From contig JBHLRS010000007.1 of assembly GCA_048882325.1 (NCBI GenBank), positions 32,001-96,000 on the forward strand: 64,000 nucleotides of DNA, written 5' to 3'. The notes beneath the pieces were generated by a model that saw only the letters and a program-made list of their open reading frames with translations, did not search any database and was not told where the DNA came from. The stretch is from Candidatus Thorarchaeota archaeon. Its GTDB lineage: Archaea > Asgardarchaeota > Thorarchaeia > Thorarchaeales > Thorarchaeaceae. Below, piece after piece: positions 47,761-56,720 of the stretch. The translations under genes and the position numbers were made by a program. Numbering within the stretch: the first letter of the stretch is position 1; each line of letters opens with the position of its first letter.

Positions 47761-47892
47761 TTTTATTATATCTCTCCAAAAACCCGCGAATGCGGTTTGA
47801 CTCAACGGCAAATTAAACATAAAAAAGTCCTTCGTGGATGGATGGTACCAGATGGGCAGAGTTTTCAATGAGAATCACGTGACTCGATTCAG

Positions 47893-48843
47893 GTGGAAAG
47901 ACTGTATCCAGACTTGACCTTTGATGAACCCGTTTTCGATGCACACATGCATGTAGTAGACACAGATTCACTCCACATGCTGGTAGAGATTGGTGAGAGC
48001 TTTGGAGTTAAAAAGTCGCTTCTTATTTGTCACAGTCTTGGGGCTAAGAAATATGCCGAAGAGAGTTTTCCAGGTCGGTTCGTCTTCGCTAAGTACTTCT
48101 CAGGAGCAATGCGCTTTGGTGGTGGGTTAGAAACAATTCTGAAGGAGATCTCCACTCTTCGAGAAGAGGGATATCATCTTGCAAAGATGCAGTCTGCGCC
48201 AGTGATGAGAGGACGAGCATCAGCAAACCCAGATGATCTAAGGATGGATGATGATGATATGGCGAGAATGTTTGATGCCATGAGAGATGAGGGAATCCCC
48301 TTCCTTCTTCATCTATCAGATCCAGACACATACTATGCCACAAGGTATACAGATAGGACAATCTATGCATCTAAGGAAAGAGACCTTGATGAACTTGAAG
48401 GTGTCCTACGAAGGCATAGTGATATGAAGCTCCAGTTGGCACATTTTGCCGCTCAATCTGAGATTCATAGGTTGGGAAACTTGGCGAGATGGTTTGACAC
48501 CTATCCCAACTTCATTATTGATACTAGCTCAGCAAGATGGGTCTCTAGAGAACTGAGTAAGAATCCGAAAAAGGCCAGGGAATTCATGATTAAATACCAA
48601 GACAGAATAGTCTTTGGAACAGACTGTGTCACATGGGGACCTGATCGAGAGTACTATGTGGGTAGATATCTCGCGCTTCGACTCTTACTAGAAACAGATA
48701 TTGAGCATAGACAACTTCCCTTCACAGACTCGGACACTGTAAATTCAGGAGGCACCTTCATCAACGGCCTAAACCTTCCGAAAGATGTACTCCAGAAAAT
48801 ATACTGGCAGAACGCACAGGACTTCTACTCTGAGTTTATATGA
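47893..48843 (+). CDS. Amidohydrolase_2-family protein
   Basis: FDAHMH, LLHLSD, LAHF, IDTSS, IVFGTD, IYWQNA. Confidence 0.85.
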   Translation: MERLYPDLTFDEPVFDAHMHVVDTDSLHMLVEIGESFGVKKSLLICHSLGAKKYAEESFPGRFVFAKYFSGAMRFGGGLETILKEISTLREEGYHLAKMQSAPVMRGRASANPDDLRMDDDDMARMFDAMRDEGIPFLLHLSDPDTYYATRYTDRTIYASKERDLDELEGVLRRHSDMKLQLAHFAAQSEIHRLGNLARWFDTYPNFIIDTSSARWVSRELSKNPKKAREFMIKYQDRIVFGTDCVTWGPDREYYVGRYLALRLLLETDIEHRQLPFTDSDTVNSGGTFINGLNLPKDVLQKIYWQNAQDFYSEFI

Positions 48844-48846
48844 CCA

Positions 48847-49596
48847 TCAAAAAATGACAGAAAGACACGTAATTGCACCATCACACTTTTCAAACTCACT
48901 CATATCCAGATGAATCACATCGAATCCAGCATCCTTCACGAGGAGTGATGTCTTAATGTGTCGCGAGGACATTATGACTGTATCACCCAGAGTCAGAGTG
49001 TTTGCTGAATGCGACTCATCTTTTGGAAGAACGATTTTGTGAAATGAATCCAGAGTTGGGTCATCAACATATCGTGGATTTACGATGATGGTGTTTCTGT
49101 CTAGATATGTGACATGACTCTTGATGTGCATAATGTCTAAGTCTTCAATGCAGTGAACAGAGGTCTCAAGCCACTTTTCCATTTGCAAGGCACCTTCACG
49201 GTTAGTCCTCTTGGTTATACCACAAATCAAGCCATCAGGAAGATGAACAACATCACCACCTTCTAAGGTGCCAGGAGCTTCTACTGTTCTAATCTCTTTG
49301 AATCCAGAAAGAACTTCTTCAACCCTGGGACTTTCTCCCCTACGACTCTCTTTCGCCATTCGAGTGATCATTGCTTTGGAACCATGCACTACCACTGTGT
49401 CCTCAACAAAACAGGAGTCGGGGTGTTTGTCATCAGGATCTAGTTTTATCAAATCCAATCCCAAATCCTCAAGTGTTTCACAATATCTCATGTGCTGTTC
49501 GAGTGCCAAATTATGATCAAGTGTCCGATGAAGAGGATGCTCTGATAGACATCTTTTGAAACTCCGACCCGGACGTCTCACAATTGCTCGTTTCAT
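48847..49596 (-). CDS. Dimethylarginine dimethylaminohydrolase / amidinotransferase family
   Basis: PDSCFVED, SRRGE, LEGGDV, RTN, HIKS, DGAITCLS (catalytic Asp/His/Cys). Confidence 0.9.
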   Translation of the reverse strand: MKRAIVRRPGRSFKRCLSEHPLHRTLDHNLALEQHMRYCETLEDLGLDLIKLDPDDKHPDSCFVEDTVVVHGSKAMITRMAKESRRGESPRVEEVLSGFKEIRTVEAPGTLEGGDVVHLPDGLICGITKRTNREGALQMEKWLETSVHCIEDLDIMHIKSHVTYLDRNTIIVNPRYVDDPTLDSFHKIVLPKDESHSANTLTLGDTVIMSSRHIKTSLLVKDAGFDVIHLDMSEFEKCDGAITCLSVIF

Positions 49597-49604
49597 CTAT
49601 TCGT

Positions 49605-49907
49605 TCACGTTCCTTTCCTATGGCGCTTCTTTGGAAAAAACTCTTCCAGTTCGCTTTGCTGAAACGGACCAAATCTCCATCCTTTTCCTTCTGGATCTCT
49701 TTCTACCACATCCTCTCGTTCAAGGTTTCGTAGGTGATAGAGTACAGTCTGTTGCGTGACACTTACCTGCTCAGCAATTTTCGTTGTAGTTATCCAAGTT
49801 TCCGAATCAAGATGCATGAGTATATCTGTTCTAGATATGAGACCTCTCCTTATGTTGCGTATCATGCTCAGATATGCAAGCCGATTGATACTCAGAGACC
49901 TCACCAC
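49605..49907 (-). CDS. Winged-helix DNA-binding protein with C-terminal PIP box
   Basis: TTTKIAEQVSVTQQTVLYHLRNLEREDVVER..GKGW; tail QQSELEEFFPKKRHRK. Confidence 0.82.
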   Translation of the reverse strand: MVRSLSINRLAYLSMIRNIRRGLISRTDILMHLDSETWITTTKIAEQVSVTQQTVLYHLRNLEREDVVERDPEGKGWRFGPFQQSELEEFFPKKRHRKGT

Positions 49908-49953
49908 GAACTAGCAAACACTTTTCCACTAAGTGTTTTCTGGTGCTTGTGTA

Positions 49954-50241
49954 TCAATCAAGTTTTGAACCAATTAAATGCTTGAAGGCAGATGGTTCAC
50001 TTCCTTCTGAGATGGGTCGGATTCTGTATTCTGGATAACTATGACTCAGTTTTGCAGCTACGCGGGTTCCCATGAGCTTTTTGAATATGTCAGCGTTCTT
50101 CCCTCTCCAGAGGTAAACAGTTTTGGCTTCATGGACAACAAATACAAGCACCTTGTTAGTATCGACCTCGACCACTTTGCTTTTGGACTCGATCATTTTT
50201 GCCTGTGAATCGATTTCGAATGCTTCAACCATATATCTCAA
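49954..50241 (-). CDS. Single-domain gelsolin-like protein (Asgard actin regulator)
   Basis: VLVFV..EAKTVYLWRGKNA...KK..G.RVAAKL...IRPISEGSEPSAFKHL matches the gelsolin WxG and EGxE..F pattern. Confidence 0.8.
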   Translation of the reverse strand: MRYMVEAFEIDSQAKMIESKSKVVEVDTNKVLVFVVHEAKTVYLWRGKNADIFKKLMGTRVAAKLSHSYPEYRIRPISEGSEPSAFKHLIGSKLD

Positions 50242-50364
50242 GCCTCAAGCACGAGAAACTGTGAAATCAGTTCGTGCAGACCCGCTTATGAGGCTTTTTC
50301 AGCGGATATCAATGGTCCGACATTTGCTTAAATACGCCCTCTGAGAAGTGAACTTGGTCGGAAG

Positions 50365-51150
50365 GTGGCCTTGTACTGTGTGAAAGCCACCCGAAGAATT
50401 GATGACGGTGTGAGTGCGTTGCCTGACGAAAGTCCCTCAACAATCAAGTTCATTGACCGAGAGATGAGGAAGATAGACATCAATCTCAGTGGACTTGATG
50501 TCTCATTCCCCTTGAATGCTATCCCCGACAAAATCTATGAAACTATTGTCAACACTCTTGAGGGAGCCCGAGATACAGAGGAGAAGATACGCAAGCTCTA
50601 TGATGACACTCTGATGAAACCAACTGTATCGACTCAAAACGCGACTGGAATCTTCCCGATCAACTCAGCAAAGAAGATTGTCAGATTAACACTCACAGAT
50701 GAAGCCCTAGAAGACCGGATTCTCGAGCTAGAGGGTGTAGAACTGTCCTTTCAAGGTCATCCTTTTGATGAGACAATAGAGGAACGTATTGAGCTCTATC
50801 AGAAGGTAATGCTCGATGACCATAAGATTGACCGGTTCCGTTTAGGTGCTGTAGAGATGTATGGAGACGTAACCTACCACAATATCAGACGAGATCCAAG
50901 GGTCAGTCTGAATTTCTTTTGGTCACAAGAGGCGGAACCTGAGAGTCAGAGCTATCAAATCAATTGCATTGCTGAAATTGTCCCACCCGGAGACCCATTT
51001 TTCAGATACATGAGGATTATGAGGCGGCTCTTCAGCTCACGACTTCTAGACCTTCGCGGGACAGAGGACTACATCTGTGCATACAAGTTTTGGGTCTGCG
51101 AGACCAAGGAGAAGTCACTGACTGAAAAGGCTGGATATTCCAAGTTCTAA
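50365..51150 (+). CDS. Pyridoxamine-5'-phosphate-oxidase-like FMN-binding split-barrel protein
   Basis: PTVST, PINSAKK, TYHNIRRDPRVSLNF, SYQINC; true start probably 50410 or 50419. Confidence 0.6.
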   Translation: MALYCVKATRRIDDGVSALPDESPSTIKFIDREMRKIDINLSGLDVSFPLNAIPDKIYETIVNTLEGARDTEEKIRKLYDDTLMKPTVSTQNATGIFPINSAKKIVRLTLTDEALEDRILELEGVELSFQGHPFDETIEERIELYQKVMLDDHKIDRFRLGAVEMYGDVTYHNIRRDPRVSLNFFWSQEAEPESQSYQINCIAEIVPPGDPFFRYMRIMRRLFSSRLLDLRGTEDYICAYKFWVCETKEKSLTEKAGYSKF

Positions 51151-53703
51151 TCAATAGTTTGTGACTCTCAGAAGTTTCTCTGGTAGTTCCTCAATGGATG
51201 CAATATCCAAGACAACGCCATGAGCTTTCTTTGCCAGATTGTCTGCAGCAACAGGGTTGTATGATGATTTTGGAACTATAATTATCATCTTGATTCCAAG
51301 AGGTTTCATACGTTCTGCAAGCTGTTCACATATTGCTTGGTCACTGAGATACATGTCTGTTGAGAAGATGAAGATTTTCTCCTTTGCACGTGTGTCCTCG
51401 AAGTTTTCTAGGGCCAGCTTGATTGACTCAGCTCCTCCAGTGCCGCCACCAGCTCTTGCTTCTAGAAGATCTGCGGCGACCTTGTCTACTGACACATTCC
51501 TCTCAGACATAGGCTTAACAACGTGGGTCACACTATCAAAGAGTACGACACCAAAATCATCCTTTTTAATCCCATAAAGACCAGCCATTACAGAGATCGC
51601 TAACATCCCGAGCTTCTCTGCAGAATTCATCGACCCACTCTTGTCGAGAGCCCAATAGAATGCACGATGACCTTGATAGGTTTCAGTTACGAGGAAATCT
51701 GAAGTCTCAAGAATCTTGAAGTTCGTTCGACCCTGAGAGAGAAGTGACTCTATTGTTTCTTCGAGATTGATAAGATCCATGTCGTCACCAATTTTGAAAG
51801 GTCTCACTGTGGTGGACTCCTGGATTCCTCCAAGCATACTACTGCCCATTGTCTGTCTGGCATACCTCATCCCTAAATCTATCAGAAGCCTTCTTGCAAT
51901 CTCTCTAAGGCGTCTCTTTAGCTCGTCTGGTAGCTGGTCTCTGTAAGTGTACCAGATACGGATGATATTAGTCGCAGGACCTCCTAAGAGACCGCCAAAG
52001 GCCATATCAGCTCGTTTCTTGTCATACGGTTGAGTTCCTGCACCACCACCAGCCTGCATTCCAGATCCATATCGACGTTGTCCATACCCAGGACTTCCAG
52101 TGCCTAGAGCGGCATGTAGGTCCTCATGAGCTATTGCACCAAGAGCACTCTGGTTTCCTTTCTCAACGGCCATGTCTGCAAGCTGTCTCAGTTGCTGGCT
52201 GGTCAACCCTGCTGCAGATATGAGATTGTGGAGTCTGTCGAAATCTGAAACATCAGCCTGAATCAATTTCTTGATGACTTCATATGAGGGATTCAAAAGC
52301 TCTAGAATCTCGGCCTCTGTCATCCCAAGACGCTCTCCAGCATTTTGGATTGTTTCTTTCGAGGGAACCTGACCCATCCGTGAAAGTTGCTTCACTGTGT
52401 TACGAAGGTGCGTCTTTGTTGGAGATGTTTCGCATGCGGCATTTGCGAGCTTTTGCATTGACTTATTCCACTCTTTTCTGGTCTGGTCATTAGGAAGCTC
52501 GGAACCCATCCCCATTCCTTGTGCAACTGCAGATCTCAGAAAATCTGAGGGAGAAGACCGTGCATGTGCATCTTGAATTGTTGATTCAGTCTCCTTCTCG
52601 AGTAGATTTTCCCAACTCTCATTTTTTCGTGCAGTCTCCGATAGCTGACGCATGTCTACGTTATTATGTCCCCCATTATCATACTGGTCATCATAAGCTT
52701 TCAGAAGGTCATCCATTATGTCCTTTCCAGTGTGTTTCTGTATTTTATCAGCAAACGCAGCAGCATCGCTGAGAGAATACTGATGAGGTGCACTTTGGAT
52801 ATGTTTGTCCAGGTTGCTTGGTACACGCTTAAGTTCAGTAGCATAATCTGTAACTTCACTGAGGTCAGAGAGATTATCCTGAAGAGTTTGGTCTAGAGAT
52901 TCTCTTGTTTTCTCGTCAAGTGTCTTCATTTCCTCGATGTGTCTAAGTGCACGTGCTGCAGTTGATGTATCGCGTTTTGCGAGATCAGAGAATTCCTTCT
53001 CAACATCGTTGTCTCCTCGAAGTGATTTTCCTGCAACATGCTCAGCAGCATTGGAAAGATTGCAGACGTCATCTAGTACCTGCAGTGTCTGTGAATTCAA
53101 TATGTCTTTAGAAGAAAGCACCCCTGCTTTGTCTAGAAGCTGAGATCCTGCAATCTCAGTAAGTTCTTGGTCACTGGTGATCCCTCGGAGGACTATGTCA
53201 CCATCAGTCAGATAGTCTGTTGCAGCCTCATAGAGCTGCTGGTCACCATTTTTGTGTAGTTCTTGCAAGTACTCATAACCTGCTTTCACCTTGTCTTCCT
53301 GAATGACATTTCGCAGCTCCTGCTCCCAGCGAATCTGATCCATGACCTTTTTCAATGCAGCATTCTGCTCCTCTGTAGCCTTTTCCGCTGCTTCTGCCTG
53401 ATCTTTGTCACTCAACTTGGGTCGTTCGACCTTCTCACGACCTAGAAGAATGTCTTCGGCCACTTCCCGAGCAATGTCTTGATCAGGAGGATACGTGGTG
53501 AAGACAGCCGCCTCAAGAAAATCTTCAAGTGTCAGCTTCCCATTTCTGAAATATCTTGCAGACAAGAGTTGTGGGATTGATTGTGTCTGCCTTATACTAG
53601 GTTTCTTTGCGACATCCTTTCTTCCACGCATCCGTCTTGTAAATTCGTGTGCAAATGGGGGTGCATTACTTGGCACTGGAGTGATCTTGGGCTGAGCAGC
53701 CAT
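51151..53703 (-). CDS. Large VWA-domain protein (CoxE/ViaA-like partner of MoxR)
   Basis: MIDAS DKSGS, GGGT, STD; long helical N-terminus; start ATG 53703. Confidence 0.88.
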   Translation of the reverse strand: MAAQPKITPVPSNAPPFAHEFTRRMRGRKDVAKKPSIRQTQSIPQLLSARYFRNGKLTLEDFLEAAVFTTYPPDQDIAREVAEDILLGREKVERPKLSDKDQAEAAEKATEEQNAALKKVMDQIRWEQELRNVIQEDKVKAGYEYLQELHKNGDQQLYEAATDYLTDGDIVLRGITSDQELTEIAGSQLLDKAGVLSSKDILNSQTLQVLDDVCNLSNAAEHVAGKSLRGDNDVEKEFSDLAKRDTSTAARALRHIEEMKTLDEKTRESLDQTLQDNLSDLSEVTDYATELKRVPSNLDKHIQSAPHQYSLSDAAAFADKIQKHTGKDIMDDLLKAYDDQYDNGGHNNVDMRQLSETARKNESWENLLEKETESTIQDAHARSSPSDFLRSAVAQGMGMGSELPNDQTRKEWNKSMQKLANAACETSPTKTHLRNTVKQLSRMGQVPSKETIQNAGERLGMTEAEILELLNPSYEVIKKLIQADVSDFDRLHNLISAAGLTSQQLRQLADMAVEKGNQSALGAIAHEDLHAALGTGSPGYGQRRYGSGMQAGGGAGTQPYDKKRADMAFGGLLGGPATNIIRIWYTYRDQLPDELKRRLREIARRLLIDLGMRYARQTMGSSMLGGIQESTTVRPFKIGDDMDLINLEETIESLLSQGRTNFKILETSDFLVTETYQGHRAFYWALDKSGSMNSAEKLGMLAISVMAGLYGIKKDDFGVVLFDSVTHVVKPMSERNVSVDKVAADLLEARAGGGTGGAESIKLALENFEDTRAKEKIFIFSTDMYLSDQAICEQLAERMKPLGIKMIIIVPKSSYNPVAADNLAKKAHGVVLDIASIEELPEKLLRVTNY

Positions 53704-53704
53704 A

Positions 53705-54646
53705 TCATGTACTCCCCAGATTCCTCCGAACGAGTGAATTGACCGCGGGTTCAGGGTCAATCCCCGGTCTAAATCGTAATGCTCCAACCAATACATAGGT
53801 CGCAGCCTGTGACAAAGTTGTATGGGAGATGGTCTTCTCCTTCTTCCGCTTTGTCATCTCAGCTGCCAGGCGTGAGATAGAGATCCCTGCTCTGATACTC
53901 GCGGGTATCTCGATGTCGGTGTTGACTCTGGTGGATGAGACCAAACCATAGACCTTCTCAAGAACGGCATCTGTCAACTTGTACTCCGGGCAGTTCATCT
54001 TCACGATTTCGATTTCCGTTTCTTTCCTCGGATACCCTAATCTGATCCACACTCTAACTCTATCTCTAAGTGCTTCGCTCAGTCTGTGAGCACCCGACAT
54101 TTCCTCCGGGTTCATCGTAAGACACGGGAAAAATCCCTCATTTGCCCGTATCCGACCTAATCTCTGAACGTTAATCGAACGCTCCTCAAATGGGTCAAGC
54201 AATGAGTTCTGCACATACTCACTTAGTCTGTTCCCCTCATTCAGACCAAAGACTCCACCGAACACCATACTCTTCAACAATGGTCCTGGCTCAAAGGCTT
54301 CCAGTGTGAATCCCTTGTTCAAGACAATACTCGGGTTGAACGCGCCCACAAGATGAGAAGGTCTCACGCCTTCATCGCCGGTTATCCAATAGAGCTGTCT
54401 CTTGCTCTTCTCAGCATATGCTCGTAGCAATAGTGTTTTTCCTACGCCCGGGGGTCCGATGATCCCAGGAATTAGACTAGCGTTCTCACAGTCAGTAAGC
54501 ACACCGAAGGCATCGGCGTATTGTTCCTTTATGACTATCTTTACCTCTTCTGAAACAGCAGCCTTTAATCGTTCATCAAACGCCTCTTTGAAAAGTTTCA
54601 TCTCGCTCTGCAAGTCAATGCCCCCATTGATATGATGGAGTATCAT
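53705..54646 (-). CDS. MoxR-family AAA+ ATPase
   Basis: GPPGVGKT, GPLLKSM, LNEGNR, QNSLL, TMNP, LSEALRDR; start probably 54613 or 54601. Confidence 0.92.
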   Translation of the reverse strand: MILHHINGGIDLQSEMKLFKEAFDERLKAAVSEEVKIVIKEQYADAFGVLTDCENASLIPGIIGPPGVGKTLLLRAYAEKSKRQLYWITGDEGVRPSHLVGAFNPSIVLNKGFTLEAFEPGPLLKSMVFGGVFGLNEGNRLSEYVQNSLLDPFEERSINVQRLGRIRANEGFFPCLTMNPEEMSGAHRLSEALRDRVRVWIRLGYPRKETEIEIVKMNCPEYKLTDAVLEKVYGLVSSTRVNTDIEIPASIRAGISISRLAAEMTKRKKEKTISHTTLSQAATYVLVGALRFRPGIDPEPAVNSLVRRNLGST

Positions 54647-54806
54647 TGTAGGGTATATAATCTACCCTCAAAACTGATGAGTATTGAGATAAGGGTTACT
54701 TTTCAGACGAGTCCGGTTTCATGGCTAGTTCTTTCACTTGTGAACTCTAAGAGGTGCTGGATGGCACTTCGGACAATTTATCTGAGCAGGATAGTGAGAG
54801 GAAATC

Positions 54807-54977
54807 ATGGTGGATTTGGAATTGACAGAGAATCCTGTTTGTCAAACATCGCACATCGAATTCACAGCACCACAGGGCTCCCTCATGGAGAACAGATTCT
54901 GCATTCTATGCGGACTGATTGGAATTGCGATGTTCATAGCTGGATGGATTTATGTTACGTTTTTCCCTGCTGGATAA
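54807..54977 (+). CDS. Small single-TM protein (56 aa)
   Basis: Below the track cutoff. MVDLELTENPVC...FCILCGLIGIAMFIAGWIYVTFFPAG; GAGG upstream. Confidence 0.5.
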   Translation: MVDLELTENPVCQTSHIEFTAPQGSLMENRFCILCGLIGIAMFIAGWIYVTFFPAG

Positions 54978-55091
54978 GCCACCACTGACACAGTAAATTG
55001 AGATGACGCATTGATTGAGAAGATACATATCAACAAAATCAGTAAAGTTCTAGGTGTTAGCGAAACTGAAATATCTAGAATACCCAGACAC

Positions 55092-55676
55092 TCATCGTGA
55101 AGATTTGATAGGTTTCATTAACCTTCCACTCAAGTAATTAGTAACATGATCTCTGATGTGGTCAATTTTCATGTCAAAGGCTGGAACAACTTTCTTCATA
55201 TTAAACACGATGAGTATCGGACTCACCAAGGATGCCCATGCAATTAAGGGATGTTCTTTTGCAAGTAATCCTTCGTTCTGATATCGGGCCATCAATTCTA
55301 CAAAACCTAAGACGATACTAAATGGCTCATCAACTATTTCAAGTAAATCTAGATGACGCTGCAGTTCAAAAATCATGACTGAAAAAAAATCACCGTACTC
55401 ATTAGCCAGATCATAGTATATCTTCACCATTCTTATCAAATCAGTATGGACATCACCAGTATATTGGCTGGCAGATTTGAGATCCACCTGTCCAATGATA
55501 AATGAAATCGATGCTTTGACTAATTTTTCTTTACTTCCATACTTTCTAAACAGAGTCACTTCACTAACACCAGCAGCAGCAGCCAAATCTTTAGTTGTAG
55601 AGCCAGTATAACCTCTTTCTGCTATAGTTTGAATCACAGCTCGGAAAATCTGTTCATCATCGAGTACCTTTGGCAT
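55092..55676 (-). CDS. TetR/AcrR-family regulator
   Basis: GYTGSTTKDLAAAAGVSEVTLFRKYGSKEKL; divergent from the ABC operon. Confidence 0.92.
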   Translation of the reverse strand: MPKVLDDEQIFRAVIQTIAERGYTGSTTKDLAAAAGVSEVTLFRKYGSKEKLVKASISFIIGQVDLKSASQYTGDVHTDLIRMVKIYYDLANEYGDFFSVMIFELQRHLDLLEIVDEPFSIVLGFVELMARYQNEGLLAKEHPLIAWASLVSPILIVFNMKKVVPAFDMKIDHIRDHVTNYLSGRLMKPIKSSR

Positions 55677-55802
55677 GATTATGACCAAGAGTATAATGGA
55701 ACGATTTGGTTTAAGATTTATGTTAGTAATCACTTACAAAAAATCAATAAGAGAGGTTGTATATCTGATAATCGATGAGAAGAACATCTGGAGGATTACA
55801 AG

Positions 55803-56720
55803 TTGATTCGAGCTGTTAATGTCACTAAGAAATTCGAGGATATCGTTGCGGTAGACAATATCTCTCTTGAAGTTCCCAAGGGAACGATTCTAGGCATGGT
55901 AGGACCAAATAGTGCTGGAAAGACAACTCTTGTACGTATGATGATTGGTATTCTTGCTCCGACAAGTGGAAATTGTTTCATTGGAAAAACGCAATCGAAT
56001 CAGATTTCCACAGAAGAGCGAGCCCGTACTGGATACATGACCCAGCTCAAATCCCTCTACCCAGATTTGACTGCCCGACAAAACATCGATTTCTTTTCAG
56101 CGTGCTATGGAGTTAAGGATACTCAGAGAAGAAAGCAGTTAGGTGAGGAGGCGGCTAGACTTACTCGAATCACCGAATCACTAGATCGAACGGTGGATGT
56201 TCTCAGTGGTGGAACAATTCAACGAGTCAGTCTTGCTTGCGCAATAGCTCATGATCCTGAAGTAATATTCCTTGACGAACCAACAGTCGGTGTCAGTCCA
56301 GAATTGAGAATGGAGTTCTGGGAACACTTCCACAACCTTGCCCAGGACGGCAAGACGATTGTAATGACAACACATTATCTCGATGAGGCAACGAGATGTG
56401 ATGACGTAGCAATGATCTTTGAAGGAAAATTAATCGCACATGGTCATCCAGATGACCTGATTGGTTCACTCCCTCTAGAGAGTACAATTACTGGCACTTT
56501 CGATTCAAACTATTCTTCTCAACTCAAGAGTATCTTGGAACATATAGCTCCCATCGATATCAAAGGGAACCGATTCACTGTAAAATCAGCAGATAGTGAT
56601 GTCAAATTCAACGTGTTTCAGGCTTTAGCACAAGATTCTATTCAAGTAAAGGATCTTGTTGTGAAGCAACCGGGGCTTGAGGAAGCATTCGCGTATTATG
56701 TCAGGAGGTCTCGACAATGA
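55803..56720 (+). CDS. ABC exporter ATP-binding subunit
   Basis: GPNSAGKT, LSGG, IFLDEPT, TTHY. Confidence 0.93.
   Translation: MIRAVNVTKKFEDIVAVDNISLEVPKGTILGMVGPNSAGKTTLVRMMIGILAPTSGNCFIGKTQSNQISTEERARTGYMTQLKSLYPDLTARQNIDFFSACYGVKDTQRRKQLGEEAARLTRITESLDRTVDVLSGGTIQRVSLACAIAHDPEVIFLDEPTVGVSPELRMEFWEHFHNLAQDGKTIVMTTHYLDEATRCDDVAMIFEGKLIAHGHPDDLIGSLPLESTITGTFDSNYSSQLKSILEHIAPIDIKGNRFTVKSADSDVKFNVFQALAQDSIQVKDLVVKQPGLEEAFAYYVRRSRQ

Noticed and set aside
54632-54988. 118-aa + strand ORF
   Set aside because: Overlaps the MoxR promoter; the 56-aa ORF in another frame has a better SD and a clear TM helix.
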